Of a stretch of DNA of 64,000 nucleotides, positions 21,990-31,174 are shown piece after piece; position 1 is the stretch's first letter, and every line of letters starts with the position of its first letter. Made by a program: the position numbers and the translations under genes. The stretch covers positions 38,589-102,588 of the forward strand of contig CABUNJ010000004.1 of NCBI GenBank assembly GCA_902492935.1, in the 5' to 3' direction. Below the pieces are notes generated by a model. It did not search any database. It saw only the letters and a list, made by a program, of their open reading frames with translations, and was not told where the DNA came from. The stretch is from an uncultured Collinsella sp. Its GTDB lineage: Bacteria; Actinomycetota; Coriobacteriia; Coriobacteriales; Coriobacteriaceae.

Positions 21990-23585
21990 ATGGAGACGAA
22001 CGTTATCTGGCGCAACGCCCGCGCGGCCGTGATCGAGCTTGACGACGGCGGCTACTTTACCTGTGCCGATACGTGGGAGATCTTTGTCAACGACGAGCCC
22101 GCCGGTACCACGAATACGGTCGAGACCTATGTCGACGGCCTGATCCCCGGCAAGCGCAACCTGGTTCGTTTTGTTTGTGGCGAGCGTGAGCTGAGCGTAG
22201 GTGTCACCACGCCGGCTGAGCCCTTTACCATCAACGTTCGCGACTGTGGCGCCAAGGGCGATGACGAGCACGACGACACCACCAACATCCAGGCTGCCAT
22301 CATGGCCTGCCCCAAGGGCGGCCGCGTGCTGATCCCCGCCGGTAGTTATCGCATCAAGTCTCTCTTCCTTAAGAGCAATATCAACATCGAGCTCGCCGAG
22401 GGAGCGGTGCTGCTGGCCCGCCACGATCGTGCCGCGCTTGCCTACATTCCGGGAACGGTCACGGGCAACGAGGGCGCCGGGTATGCCGGCACCGATATGC
22501 TGCCCCTGGGCCGCTGGGAGGGCGAGAGCTTCTCGACCTACTGTTCTACCTTTACGGGTCTGGGCGTGCACGACGTGTGCATCTATGGTCGCGGCGCGAT
22601 TGACGGTCAGACCGATTTTGCCGAGGACAACTGGTGGAACAAGGACTTTAAGAACATCTTTCGCCCGGAGGAGGGCCGCGAGGTCGCCCGTCCGCGCATG
22701 ATCTTCCTGTCCGAGTGCCAAAACGTGAGCCTTGCCGGCTTTACCGTGCGCAACAGCCCGGCGTGGAATATCCATCCCGTCCTGTGCGAGCATGTCGACG
22801 CGCTTTGCCTGTCGATCGAGGGTCCCAAGAACTCCCACAACACCGACGGTTTCGATCCCGAGAGCTGCGGCTTTGTCCGCATCCTTGGCTGTCAGTTCTC
22901 GGTGGGCGACGACTGCATCGCCATCAAGAGCGGCAAGCTGGGCATTGAGCCCGAGCTTCGTCCCGCTACGCACGACGTGCTGATCTCTCACTGCTACATG
23001 CACGATGGTCACGGCGCCGTGGTCCTGGGTTCAGAGGCTGCCGGCGGCATCAAGGACCTTACCGTGAGCAAGTGCCTCTTTGAGCGCACCGACCGCGGCC
23101 TGCGCGTCAAGACCCGCCGTGGACGCGGCAAGGATGCCGTCAACGAGGGCATTACCTTTGAGCACATTCGCATGGACGAGGTGCTCACGCCCTTCGTGGT
23201 CAACTCCTTCTACTTCTGTGACAAGGATGGCAAGACCGATTACGTGCAGTCTCGCGAGGCACTGCCCGTCGACGACCGCACGCCCGGCTTTGGTGCCACG
23301 ACGTTTTGCGATATCGAGGCCACTAACTGCCACGCGGCCGCTGCCTACATCACGGGCCTGCCCGAGAGTAAAGTAACGCGCCTGACGTTCCAGGATGTCC
23401 ACGTGACCTTCGCGCCGGATGCCGAGCCCTTTGCCCCGGCCATGGCCTGCGGCGTTGAGCCCATGGTGCGCCAGGGCATCATCGCGCAAAACGTCAAGGT
23501 GCTCGATCTGCAAAATGTGGTTATTGAGGGCCAGGACGGCGAGGAGCTGCAGCTCCAGAACGTCGACAAGGTTATCCGTTCCTAA
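21990..23585 (+). CDS. GH28 (exo)polygalacturonase, no signal peptide
   Basis: GH28 motifs NTDGFDP, GDDCIAIKSG, GHGAVVLGSE, RGLRVKT. ATG 21990 follows GAGGGAG. Confidence 0.85.
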   Translation: METNVIWRNARAAVIELDDGGYFTCADTWEIFVNDEPAGTTNTVETYVDGLIPGKRNLVRFVCGERELSVGVTTPAEPFTINVRDCGAKGDDEHDDTTNIQAAIMACPKGGRVLIPAGSYRIKSLFLKSNINIELAEGAVLLARHDRAALAYIPGTVTGNEGAGYAGTDMLPLGRWEGESFSTYCSTFTGLGVHDVCIYGRGAIDGQTDFAEDNWWNKDFKNIFRPEEGREVARPRMIFLSECQNVSLAGFTVRNSPAWNIHPVLCEHVDALCLSIEGPKNSHNTDGFDPESCGFVRILGCQFSVGDDCIAIKSGKLGIEPELRPATHDVLISHCYMHDGHGAVVLGSEAAGGIKDLTVSKCLFERTDRGLRVKTRRGRGKDAVNEGITFEHIRMDEVLTPFVVNSFYFCDKDGKTDYVQSREALPVDDRTPGFGATTFCDIEATNCHAAAAYITGLPESKVTRLTFQDVHVTFAPDAEPFAPAMACGVEPMVRQGIIAQNVKVLDLQNVVIEGQDGEELQLQNVDKVIRS

Positions 23586-23689
23586 CTCGGGTTGATGACC
23601 AGGGCTGCATTGTCGGATAGATCGGCAATGCAGCCCTTGTGCGATACGGCCGTGTGCGCTGCGCTACGCATCATGGTGAAAGGGAATAC

Positions 23690-24499
23690 ATGCTCAATAA
23701 AACGATTCCTGTCGGGGTCGATGGCTCGTCTGCCACGATTACGTCTTATGTTTTTGCCCCGACCGAAGATGCTTATGCTTTAAAACCGCTGCCTGCAGTT
23801 GTGGTCGTGCCAGGAGGCGGCTACGATCACGTTTCGCCGCGCGAAGGCGAGCCGGTAGCGCTTCGTTTGTTGGCGATGGGCTACCAAGCGTTTGTACTGA
23901 ACTATTCGGTTGCTCCGGCTGTCTATCCGCTGGCATTGCAAGAACTCGCGCGGGCGGTCGATACCGTCCGAGGCCATGCGGCAGAGTACTGTGTCGATCC
24001 TGATCGGATTACGGTCATGGGTTTTTCGGCCGGTGGGCATCTGGTTGGCTTGCTCGGGGCGCTTTGGGACCAACTCTGGCTTGCAGAGTCGATCGCGGCA
24101 TCGCCTGAGTCGATTCGGCCTGACGCACTTTGCTTGGGCTATCCGGTCGTAAGCTCGGGGGCCTATGCTCATCGTGGTTCGTTTGAACACCTAACGGGTG
24201 CCGATGGCGCTTTGGCTCAAAAGTTGTCGATCGAGAATATGGTGGGCGAGGGCTTCCCCCGTACGTTCTTGTGGCATACCGCCGAGGATGCATCGGTACC
24301 AGTTCAAAATAGCCTCCTTCTTGCGCAGGCTCTTGCCGACCACGGGATTGGCTTTAGCCTACATGTCTTTCCGCATGGAAAGCATGGGGCATCGCTTGCT
24401 ACGGCCCTAACGGCATTTAAGGGCTGCGCCGAGCATATTCAGCCACAGGTTCAGGGCTGGCCTGAGCAGTTCGCTTCCTGGGAGCGTGATGGACGATGA
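23690..24499 (+). CDS. alpha/beta-hydrolase esterase (PaeX-like candidate pectin acetylesterase)
   Basis: PGGGY oxyanion motif and GFSAGGH nucleophile elbow. ATG 23690 follows AAAGGGA. Confidence 0.65.
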   Translation: MLNKTIPVGVDGSSATITSYVFAPTEDAYALKPLPAVVVVPGGGYDHVSPREGEPVALRLLAMGYQAFVLNYSVAPAVYPLALQELARAVDTVRGHAAEYCVDPDRITVMGFSAGGHLVGLLGALWDQLWLAESIAASPESIRPDALCLGYPVVSSGAYAHRGSFEHLTGADGALAQKLSIENMVGEGFPRTFLWHTAEDASVPVQNSLLLAQALADHGIGFSLHVFPHGKHGASLATALTAFKGCAEHIQPQVQGWPEQFASWERDGR

Positions 24500-26685
24500 G
24501 CGAAAGTATCTATACGCTGCGCGTTTCGAGGGCTGCGGCAGGAGCGTATCCAACGATTTCCGATGCCTTGGCGGCAGCCGATCAGCTCTATCCGGATGCC
24601 GAGCAACCGGTGATGATTCACGTCGATCCGGACGAGTATCGCGAGCGGGTCGAGATTCATCGCTCGCATGTGACGATTGAGGGAGAGACGGCTGACAGCG
24701 TGCGTATCGTTGGCGGCCTTGCGGCGCAGATGCCCTCGGAGGACGGCAGCGGCCAGGACGGAAAGCTCGGCACCTTCCGCACGTATACGGTGCTGGTCGA
24801 TGCCGATGACGTGACGCTTGCAAACCTCACGATCGAAAACGGTGCGGGCGATGGGCGCGAGGTCGGTCAGGCGATTGCCCTGTATGCCGATGGCGACCGT
24901 CTGGTTGTCGATGCCTGCTGCATTAAGGGACACCAAGACACGCTGTTTTTGGGTCCGCTGCCGCCGCATGAGGCCAAACCGGGCGGGTTTATAGGACCCA
25001 AACAGTATGCGCCGCGCCGGGTGGGGCGCCAGTATTTTCGACGTTGCCGGATCGAGGGCGATGTCGACTTTATCTTTGGCGGCGCGCGTGCCTACTTTGA
25101 GGGATGCGAGATTCGCTCGCTCAACCGCAATATGGACGTGAACGGCTACGTGACGGCTGCGTCGACGCCCGAAGGCGAGCCATATGGCTTCGTGTTCCAC
25201 GGCTGCTCGTTTACAGCCGCGCAAGATGTGGCACCGGATTCGGTCTATTTGGGTCGTCCTTGGCGTGAGTGGGCCCAGACCGTGCTGATCGATTGTTGGC
25301 TAGGGCGACATATCAAGCGCGAAGGCTGGTGGGATTGGAATAAACCGGCGGCGCACAACTGCGCGCAGTATGCTGGCGCGATCCTGTATGGGCCGGCGGG
25401 CGATACTACCGGCTGGGTGCCGTGGGCGAATAAACTCGATGTGATGGCTGCCGCCGGGTACGCCCGCGAACAGGTGCTTGCCGGTGCGGATGGCTGGGAT
25501 CCCGAGGGAGGCACCGGTGATGCGGTTGAGACGGCTGGGCTATCTGCCAATGGTCGCACCGTGCACATCGAGACGTACTGCGAAGACGAGCCTGCGCTGC
25601 GTGCCCGGCTGAAGCGCGAGGGGCGCTCTGCCGCATTTGCGGGCCAGACTCCTGCAGATTTTGAGGCATGGAAGATTGCGACCAGGACTCGCCTGCGCGA
25701 TGTTTTGGGCCTTTCGCTTATGGACCGTGCCCCGATTGAGATTCGTGAACTCAGCCGTGTGCAGATTGCCGGCGGCATCGTGCGCACCCATGCGATGTTG
25801 CAGGTCGAGCGTGATGTTTGGATGCCGTTCTACCTGCTCGAGCCGCAGTCGCCTAAGCTCGATGCGCGCGGCCGCAAGTGTTGCTATATCTGCCCGCATG
25901 GCCATCAGGGAGCAGGCGCCGCAAGTGTTGCGGGCGTGACGGGCGTGCCGGCGGTCGACGATGCTGTGCGTAAGTTCAATTACGACTACGGTCTACGTTT
26001 GGCGCGTATGGGTTACGTGACCGTCTGCCCCGACGCACGCGGTTGGGGATACCGTCGTGACTGGAAGGGTCAGGGCGATGACGAGAACAGCTTTCTGCGC
26101 GGCACGTGCCTAAACCAGGCGCGCATGGCCGAGCCGCTGGGACTTACGGTCGCGGGTCTCAACGTCTGGGACAACATGCGCTTGATCGATTACCTAGAGG
26201 CGCGCGGCGACATTGCCATGGACGACCTGGGCTGTTTTGGCTTTTCGGGCGGCGGATACATGACGCTGTATCTGGCGGCGCTCGACCCACGCGTATGCAA
26301 GACGTTTGTTTCGGGCTACCTGTACGGTGTCGATGATTCGCTGCTGCACCTCAACGGCAATTGCAGCTGCAACTACACACCCGGACTTTGGCGCTTGCTC
26401 GACATGGGCGATATTGCCTCGCTCATCGCGCCGCGCCCGTTGTTAGTGCAGAGCTGCGAAGAAGATCATCTGAACGGTTCGCGCGGGCTGAAAAATGTTG
26501 ACGAGCAGCTCGAGATCGTGCGCGATGCCTACAAGTTGCTGGGTCGCAGAGATGGTCTGCGGCACGAAGTGTGTCCGGGTGAACACCATCTGGGCGTGGC
26601 GCATCTTGCCGAGGATATCGAATGGCTCGATTCGCACGTTGCGGAATGCGCCCCCGTGCATAGCCCCTCGGCATGCTGCGAATAA
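24496..26685 (+). CDS. fusion protein: CE8 pectin methylesterase plus C-terminal alpha/beta-hydrolase esterase domain
   Basis: 729 aa. N-terminal half has GHQDTLF, DFIFGG, YLGRPW. C-terminal half has the GFSGGG elbow. ATGA overlap with the upstream gene. Confidence 0.8.
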   Translation: MSESIYTLRVSRAAAGAYPTISDALAAADQLYPDAEQPVMIHVDPDEYRERVEIHRSHVTIEGETADSVRIVGGLAAQMPSEDGSGQDGKLGTFRTYTVLVDADDVTLANLTIENGAGDGREVGQAIALYADGDRLVVDACCIKGHQDTLFLGPLPPHEAKPGGFIGPKQYAPRRVGRQYFRRCRIEGDVDFIFGGARAYFEGCEIRSLNRNMDVNGYVTAASTPEGEPYGFVFHGCSFTAAQDVAPDSVYLGRPWREWAQTVLIDCWLGRHIKREGWWDWNKPAAHNCAQYAGAILYGPAGDTTGWVPWANKLDVMAAAGYAREQVLAGADGWDPEGGTGDAVETAGLSANGRTVHIETYCEDEPALRARLKREGRSAAFAGQTPADFEAWKIATRTRLRDVLGLSLMDRAPIEIRELSRVQIAGGIVRTHAMLQVERDVWMPFYLLEPQSPKLDARGRKCCYICPHGHQGAGAASVAGVTGVPAVDDAVRKFNYDYGLRLARMGYVTVCPDARGWGYRRDWKGQGDDENSFLRGTCLNQARMAEPLGLTVAGLNVWDNMRLIDYLEARGDIAMDDLGCFGFSGGGYMTLYLAALDPRVCKTFVSGYLYGVDDSLLHLNGNCSCNYTPGLWRLLDMGDIASLIAPRPLLVQSCEEDHLNGSRGLKNVDEQLEIVRDAYKLLGRRDGLRHEVCPGEHHLGVAHLAEDIEWLDSHVAECAPVHSPSACCE

Positions 26686-26732
26686 ACGGTACGTTCCTGT
26701 ATGACCGCCGATGGGCGGATGAGGAGAAGATT

Positions 26733-27401
26733 ATGGAAACGAAGAGCTTGAGTGAATCGACCATTTGCTGCTTTGGCGACTCAACGACCTGGGGCGACAA
26801 CGGCTGCGGTGGGGGAGGCAACGACATCTCGTGGACCTCGCATTTGGGCGCGTTGCTGGGAGGTGCGGTCATCGAGAACTTTGGCATCAAGGGTTCGCGT
26901 ATCGCCATCAAGGCCGACCGCAGCGATTCGTTTGTCGAGCGCCTGGACGGCATCGACAATGCGGCTGATATTTACATCGTCTTTGGCGGCGTCAACGACT
27001 TTAGCCGCAACGTGCCGCTTGGCGAGTTGGGTTGTACCGATGTGCACGAGTTCTATGGTGCACTCGATTACCTGATCCGCACCATCACGGCGCGTTCGCC
27101 CCAGGCAAAGCTTGTGTTTATGACGCCGTGCAAGACGAGCGGTAAGCACGAGAAGGATATCCCGGCAAGCGATGAGCTCAATCACCTGGGGTTGACGCAG
27201 GTCGCCTACGTAAAGGCGATGCTCGAGGTCTGTGACCGCTACTCCGTTCCGGTGATTGACCTGTATGCGCAAAGTGGCATCAGCCCGTTTTTGCCAGAGC
27301 ACCGCGAGCTCTATATGCCGGACGGTCTGCATTACAGTCCTGCCGGCTATGAGCGCCTGGCGCATCGCATCGCCGCGGGTCTCACCGCCGTTTGCCGCTA
27401 A
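26733..27401 (+). CDS. SGNH/GDSL hydrolase (candidate acetylesterase)
   Basis: Blocks FGDSTTWG, GGVNDF, DGLHYS. ATG 26733 follows GAGGAG. Confidence 0.75.
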   Translation: METKSLSESTICCFGDSTTWGDNGCGGGGNDISWTSHLGALLGGAVIENFGIKGSRIAIKADRSDSFVERLDGIDNAADIYIVFGGVNDFSRNVPLGELGCTDVHEFYGALDYLIRTITARSPQAKLVFMTPCKTSGKHEKDIPASDELNHLGLTQVAYVKAMLEVCDRYSVPVIDLYAQSGISPFLPEHRELYMPDGLHYSPAGYERLAHRIAAGLTAVCR

Positions 27402-27416
27402 AAGTCTGCCGTTTGC

Positions 27417-27483
27417 GGGGAATATAGGGTTAACGTTCACCCTATATTCCCCGTTCGCGTTACACTAGGGGTAACGTTCACCT
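27417..27483. promoter_or_regulatory. 36-bp near-perfect palindrome containing one operator, plus a second operator
   Basis: GGGGAATATAGGGTTAACGTTCACCCTATATTCCCC at 27417..27452 (1 mismatch) and GGGGTAACGTTCACCT at 27468..27483. Confidence 0.6.
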
Positions 27484-27508
27484 ATCGTTTATGTCAGAGG
27501 GGACAGCA

Positions 27509-28747
27509 ATGGGTTGCAATCAAATCCTGGACCGTTATATCGAGCAGTTGATCGAAACCTCTACGCCGCAGGCGCCGGCTTGGAATATCGAAAAGATTCG
27601 CGCCGGCAAGGAGAACACCTGGAACTATATCGACGGCTGCATGATCAAGGCGCTCATCGAGCTGTACGAGATCACGGGTGAGCAGCGCTACCTGACCTTT
27701 GCCGATGACTACATCGATTTCTTTGTCCAGGACGACGGTACCATCAAGCATTACAACCCGCAGGAGTACAACCTCGATAACGTCAATGCGGGCAAGACCC
27801 TCTACAAGCTCTATGACCTGGTGGGCAAGCCCAAGTACCGTGCCGCCATGGACACCATCTACCGCCAGCTCGAGACCCAGCCGCGCACCAAAGAGGGCGT
27901 GTTTTGGCACAAGGCCGTCTATCCCAACCAGATTTGGCTCGACGGCATGTACATGGCACAGCCGTTCTACATGCAGTACGAGCTGAGCTTCCACAACCGT
28001 CGTGCCTGCTCGGACAGCTTCCATATGTTCCAGGTCGTGCATGACCTGATGCGCAACCCCCTCAACGGTCTGTACTATCACGCTTACGACGCGAGCCGCA
28101 AACAGTTCTGGTGCGACCCGGTCACCGGTCTTTCGGCTAACTTCTGGCTGCGCGCCGAGGGCTGGTTTGCCATGGCGCTCATCGACACCTGGGAGCTTAT
28201 GCCGCCTTCGATGTCGGCCGAGAAGGACGAGATCCGCAAGATGTTCCACGATCTGATCGACGCCATGCTGCCGTATCAGGACGAGAAGACCGGCATGTGG
28301 CACCAGGTCATCAACCTGCCCAATATCGCCCCCAACTACCTGGAGGAGTCGGGCAGCGCCATCTTTGCCAACGCCATCATGAAGGGCGTGCGTCTGGGCG
28401 TGCTGGGTGAGCGCTACTACCAGTACGGCCGTCGCGCCTTCGACGGCATCTGCGACACGTGCCTGTCCGAGCATGATGGCCAGCTGGCGCTCGACAACAT
28501 CTGCCTGGTTGCGGGCTTGGGAAACACCGCGCACCGCGAGGGCACGTTTGATTACTACATGAGCGAGCCCGTGGTCAAAAATGATGCAAAGGGCGTCGCG
28601 CCGCTGGTGCTTGCCTATATCGAGACCATGCATCACGACAAGCTGGCCGGTAAGCGCGATCCGCTCGCCCCCTCGGGCGTGTGCTCCATCGAGGACCCGT
28701 TTGGCGGATACACCCCGGGCATCAACGCTCATAAGGGATGTGAATAA
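27509..28747 (+). CDS. GH105 unsaturated rhamnogalacturonyl hydrolase (YteR/YesR-like)
   Basis: ORF 27491..28747 of alpha/alpha-toroid GH88/105 type (WNYIDGC, WHQV). ATG 27509 follows AGAGGGGA. No signal peptide. Confidence 0.75.
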   Translation: MGCNQILDRYIEQLIETSTPQAPAWNIEKIRAGKENTWNYIDGCMIKALIELYEITGEQRYLTFADDYIDFFVQDDGTIKHYNPQEYNLDNVNAGKTLYKLYDLVGKPKYRAAMDTIYRQLETQPRTKEGVFWHKAVYPNQIWLDGMYMAQPFYMQYELSFHNRRACSDSFHMFQVVHDLMRNPLNGLYYHAYDASRKQFWCDPVTGLSANFWLRAEGWFAMALIDTWELMPPSMSAEKDEIRKMFHDLIDAMLPYQDEKTGMWHQVINLPNIAPNYLEESGSAIFANAIMKGVRLGVLGERYYQYGRRAFDGICDTCLSEHDGQLALDNICLVAGLGNTAHREGTFDYYMSEPVVKNDAKGVAPLVLAYIETMHHDKLAGKRDPLAPSGVCSIEDPFGGYTPGINAHKGCE

Positions 28748-28748
28748 C

Positions 28749-29654
28749 GTGGGGGCTATTACTCCGGGCGTACGTTTGCACGACCTTCCGCAGGGGACCG
28801 TCGAGGAACGCATTCGCATGGCGGGAGAGCTGGGCTTTTCGTGCATTCAGCTGCCGAGCAAGGTGCTCTACGCATCGATGGGGATCGATCGAGGCGGCCT
28901 GACCCGCGAGCTTGCCGACCATTTGCGTGCCGTGCTCGACGAGGCGGGCGTTTCGGTCGCCGTGCTCGGCTGCTATAAGAATTTGGCGACGCCCGATCGC
29001 CAACAGCTCATGGATAACTTTGCCGAGTACGAGGCGTGCCTGAACTTTGCCCAGATGCTCGGCGGCTGCCCGGTGGGTACCGAGACCGGTCGCCCCAATG
29101 CGCAGAACCGCGTTGCTGACGACCGCATGACCGATGAGGCACTCGATGCGTTTGCAGACGGGCTTGCACACGTCTGCGATCGGGCCGAGGCCGTGGGTGG
29201 GCAAATTTTGATCGAGCCCGGTTGGAACGAGACGGTCAACACGCCAGATCGCTGCCGTGAGGTGCTGGAGCGCGTCTCGAGCCCGTCGCTCGGCGTGATC
29301 TATGACCCAGTGTCGCTGCTGCACCCCAGCGTCGTTGACGAAGCGCAGGAAATCACCGCGCGCATGCTCTACTTATGCGGCAGTAAGATCCGCGTGCTGC
29401 ACGCCAAGGATTTTGAGGTCGTTGATAACGAGGACGAAGCCGGTTGGTGCGACGGTACGGGTTCACGCCTGGTGTGTCATGGCGTGGGCGAGACGGGCCG
29501 CTATGACTTTGAGCCCGTAGTGGCCTGGGCGGCTGCCGCCTGCCCTCGGATTCCCTGCGTGGTCGAGAACAGTGTGCCGGCGACGGCGGCTGACTGCCTG
29601 GCGACACTCGAGCACATGTCCGCTCGCTGCGGGGCTTCGCATCGCGAGTTATAG
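28749..29654 (+). CDS. xylose-isomerase-like TIM-barrel (sugar phosphate isomerase/epimerase family) protein
   Basis: ORF 28581..29654. The first 56 codons overlap GH105. GTG 28749 lies 1 nt after the GH105 stop and follows AAGGGATG. Confidence 0.6.
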   Translation: MGAITPGVRLHDLPQGTVEERIRMAGELGFSCIQLPSKVLYASMGIDRGGLTRELADHLRAVLDEAGVSVAVLGCYKNLATPDRQQLMDNFAEYEACLNFAQMLGGCPVGTETGRPNAQNRVADDRMTDEALDAFADGLAHVCDRAEAVGGQILIEPGWNETVNTPDRCREVLERVSSPSLGVIYDPVSLLHPSVVDEAQEITARMLYLCGSKIRVLHAKDFEVVDNEDEAGWCDGTGSRLVCHGVGETGRYDFEPVVAWAAAACPRIPCVVENSVPATAADCLATLEHMSARCGASHREL

Positions 29655-29758
29655 CATTGGCTTTTGCTGTGTCGGCAGATTGAGATTACCTGTATGGGGG
29701 CGGCGGTGAAGGGTCTTTATCGTCGCCCCCATTGGATTGCATTAAAAAGGGGAGTTGC

Positions 29759-30976
29759 GTGGCTATCCACATTGTCGAAGAGGCGAATCGTTGCCTAGGT
29801 TGTAAAAGGGCGTTCTGTCAGATTAAGGGCTGCCCGGTTCAGACGCCTATTCCGCAGGTCATCGACCTGTTCAAACAGCGCCGTCTAGAAGAGGCGGGCG
29901 AGCTGCTGTTCCAGAACAATCCCATGAGCGCGGTCTGCTCCGTGGTGTGCAACCATTCGGGCCAGTGCGAGGGTGCTTGCATCCAGGGCCGCAAGGGCAC
30001 ACCCGTGCATTTCTCGAGCATCGAGAACTATATCTCGACAGCGTATTTGGACCGTAAGGAGTGGAAGCCCGCGCCGTCGTGCGGCAAACAGGTCGCCGTG
30101 GTCGGTTCCGGTCCTGCCGGTATCACCGTGGCCATTAAGATGGCCCAGCTGGGCTGTGCCGTCACGGTATTTGAGCAGCGCCCCGAGATCGGTGGTGTGC
30201 TGGAGTACGGTATCCCTGAGTTCCGCCTGCCCCGTGCGCTCGTGCAAAAGTATCGTCACGTGATGTGCTCGCTCGGCGTGCGCGTTCGTCCGTCGACCAC
30301 CATCGGCGGTGCGCTCCACATCGACGACCTGCTGCGCGACGGCTACGATGCGGTCTTTGTTGGCACCGGTACCTGGCGAGCTCGCAAACTGGGTATTCCC
30401 GGCGAGTCGCGCGGCAACGTGCTGTTTGGTATCGATTACCTGGTCGATCCTTCGAGCGTGGCGATCGGACAGAATGTGGCGGTTATCGGCGCCGGCAATG
30501 TGGCCATGGATGTTGCCCGCACGGCGCTGCGCTCGGGCGCTCGCAAGGTCACCGTGTATGCCCGCTCGCGCCATATCTCGGCCATCGACGACGAGGTCGA
30601 GCTGACCGAGCTCGATGGTGCCGAAATCGTGTGCGGCAAGGCGATCTGTGCCATCGACGATAACGGTCCGGTGTTCGAGACGGCTATCTTCGACGAGGAG
30701 AATAACGTGGTGGGTTACGAGGAAGAGCTCGACCATGCGTCTGCCGACACGGTTGTGATTGCGGCTTCGCAGGTGCCCAAAGACAAGCTTGTGCTTACGA
30801 CGGGTGGTCTGGAGACCGACCATCGCGGCCTTCTTTCGGTCGACGAGCGCGGCATGACCACCGTGCCTGGCGTCTTTGCCGCCGGCGACGTGGTTAACGG
30901 CCCGCTGACGGTTGTTCACGCCGTAGCCGGCGCCAAGCTCGCCGTCGAAGGCATGACCAGCTACCTGGGTCTCTAA
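29759..30976 (+). CDS. GltD-like Fe-S / FAD NAD(P)H oxidoreductase (glutamate synthase small-subunit family)
   Basis: N-terminal Cys clusters (CLGCK..C..C; CSVVCNHSGQCEGAC). Dinucleotide motifs VAVVGSGPAG and VAVIGAGNVAMD. GTG 29759 follows AAGGGGAG. Confidence 0.75.
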   Translation: MAIHIVEEANRCLGCKRAFCQIKGCPVQTPIPQVIDLFKQRRLEEAGELLFQNNPMSAVCSVVCNHSGQCEGACIQGRKGTPVHFSSIENYISTAYLDRKEWKPAPSCGKQVAVVGSGPAGITVAIKMAQLGCAVTVFEQRPEIGGVLEYGIPEFRLPRALVQKYRHVMCSLGVRVRPSTTIGGALHIDDLLRDGYDAVFVGTGTWRARKLGIPGESRGNVLFGIDYLVDPSSVAIGQNVAVIGAGNVAMDVARTALRSGARKVTVYARSRHISAIDDEVELTELDGAEIVCGKAICAIDDNGPVFETAIFDEENNVVGYEEELDHASADTVVIAASQVPKDKLVLTTGGLETDHRGLLSVDERGMTTVPGVFAAGDVVNGPLTVVHAVAGAKLAVEGMTSYLGL

Positions 30977-30991
30977 CCCATCCCACCCATC

Positions 30992-31064
30992 AGTTGCGGT
31001 GAAATACGGACTGTTTTGGCTGTCAAAAGCCTCGATTGCTCCGTATCTCACCGCAACTTTTTTG
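30992..31064. repeat. AGTTGCGGTGAAATA-family palindromic element (copy 1 of 3), also terminator-like
   Basis: 19-bp arms at 30992..31010 and 31040..31058 (1 mismatch), followed by TTTTTT. Confidence 0.65.
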
Positions 31065-31174
31065 TGGGTCGATACGTAGGCAGGGGAGTGCGTGCGGTCG
31101 GGTGTTGTGCAGTTGCTGGTACGATAGATACGTCAGCAACTGCCGCCGAGCGGCTCAAACGAAAGGAAGCCTGT

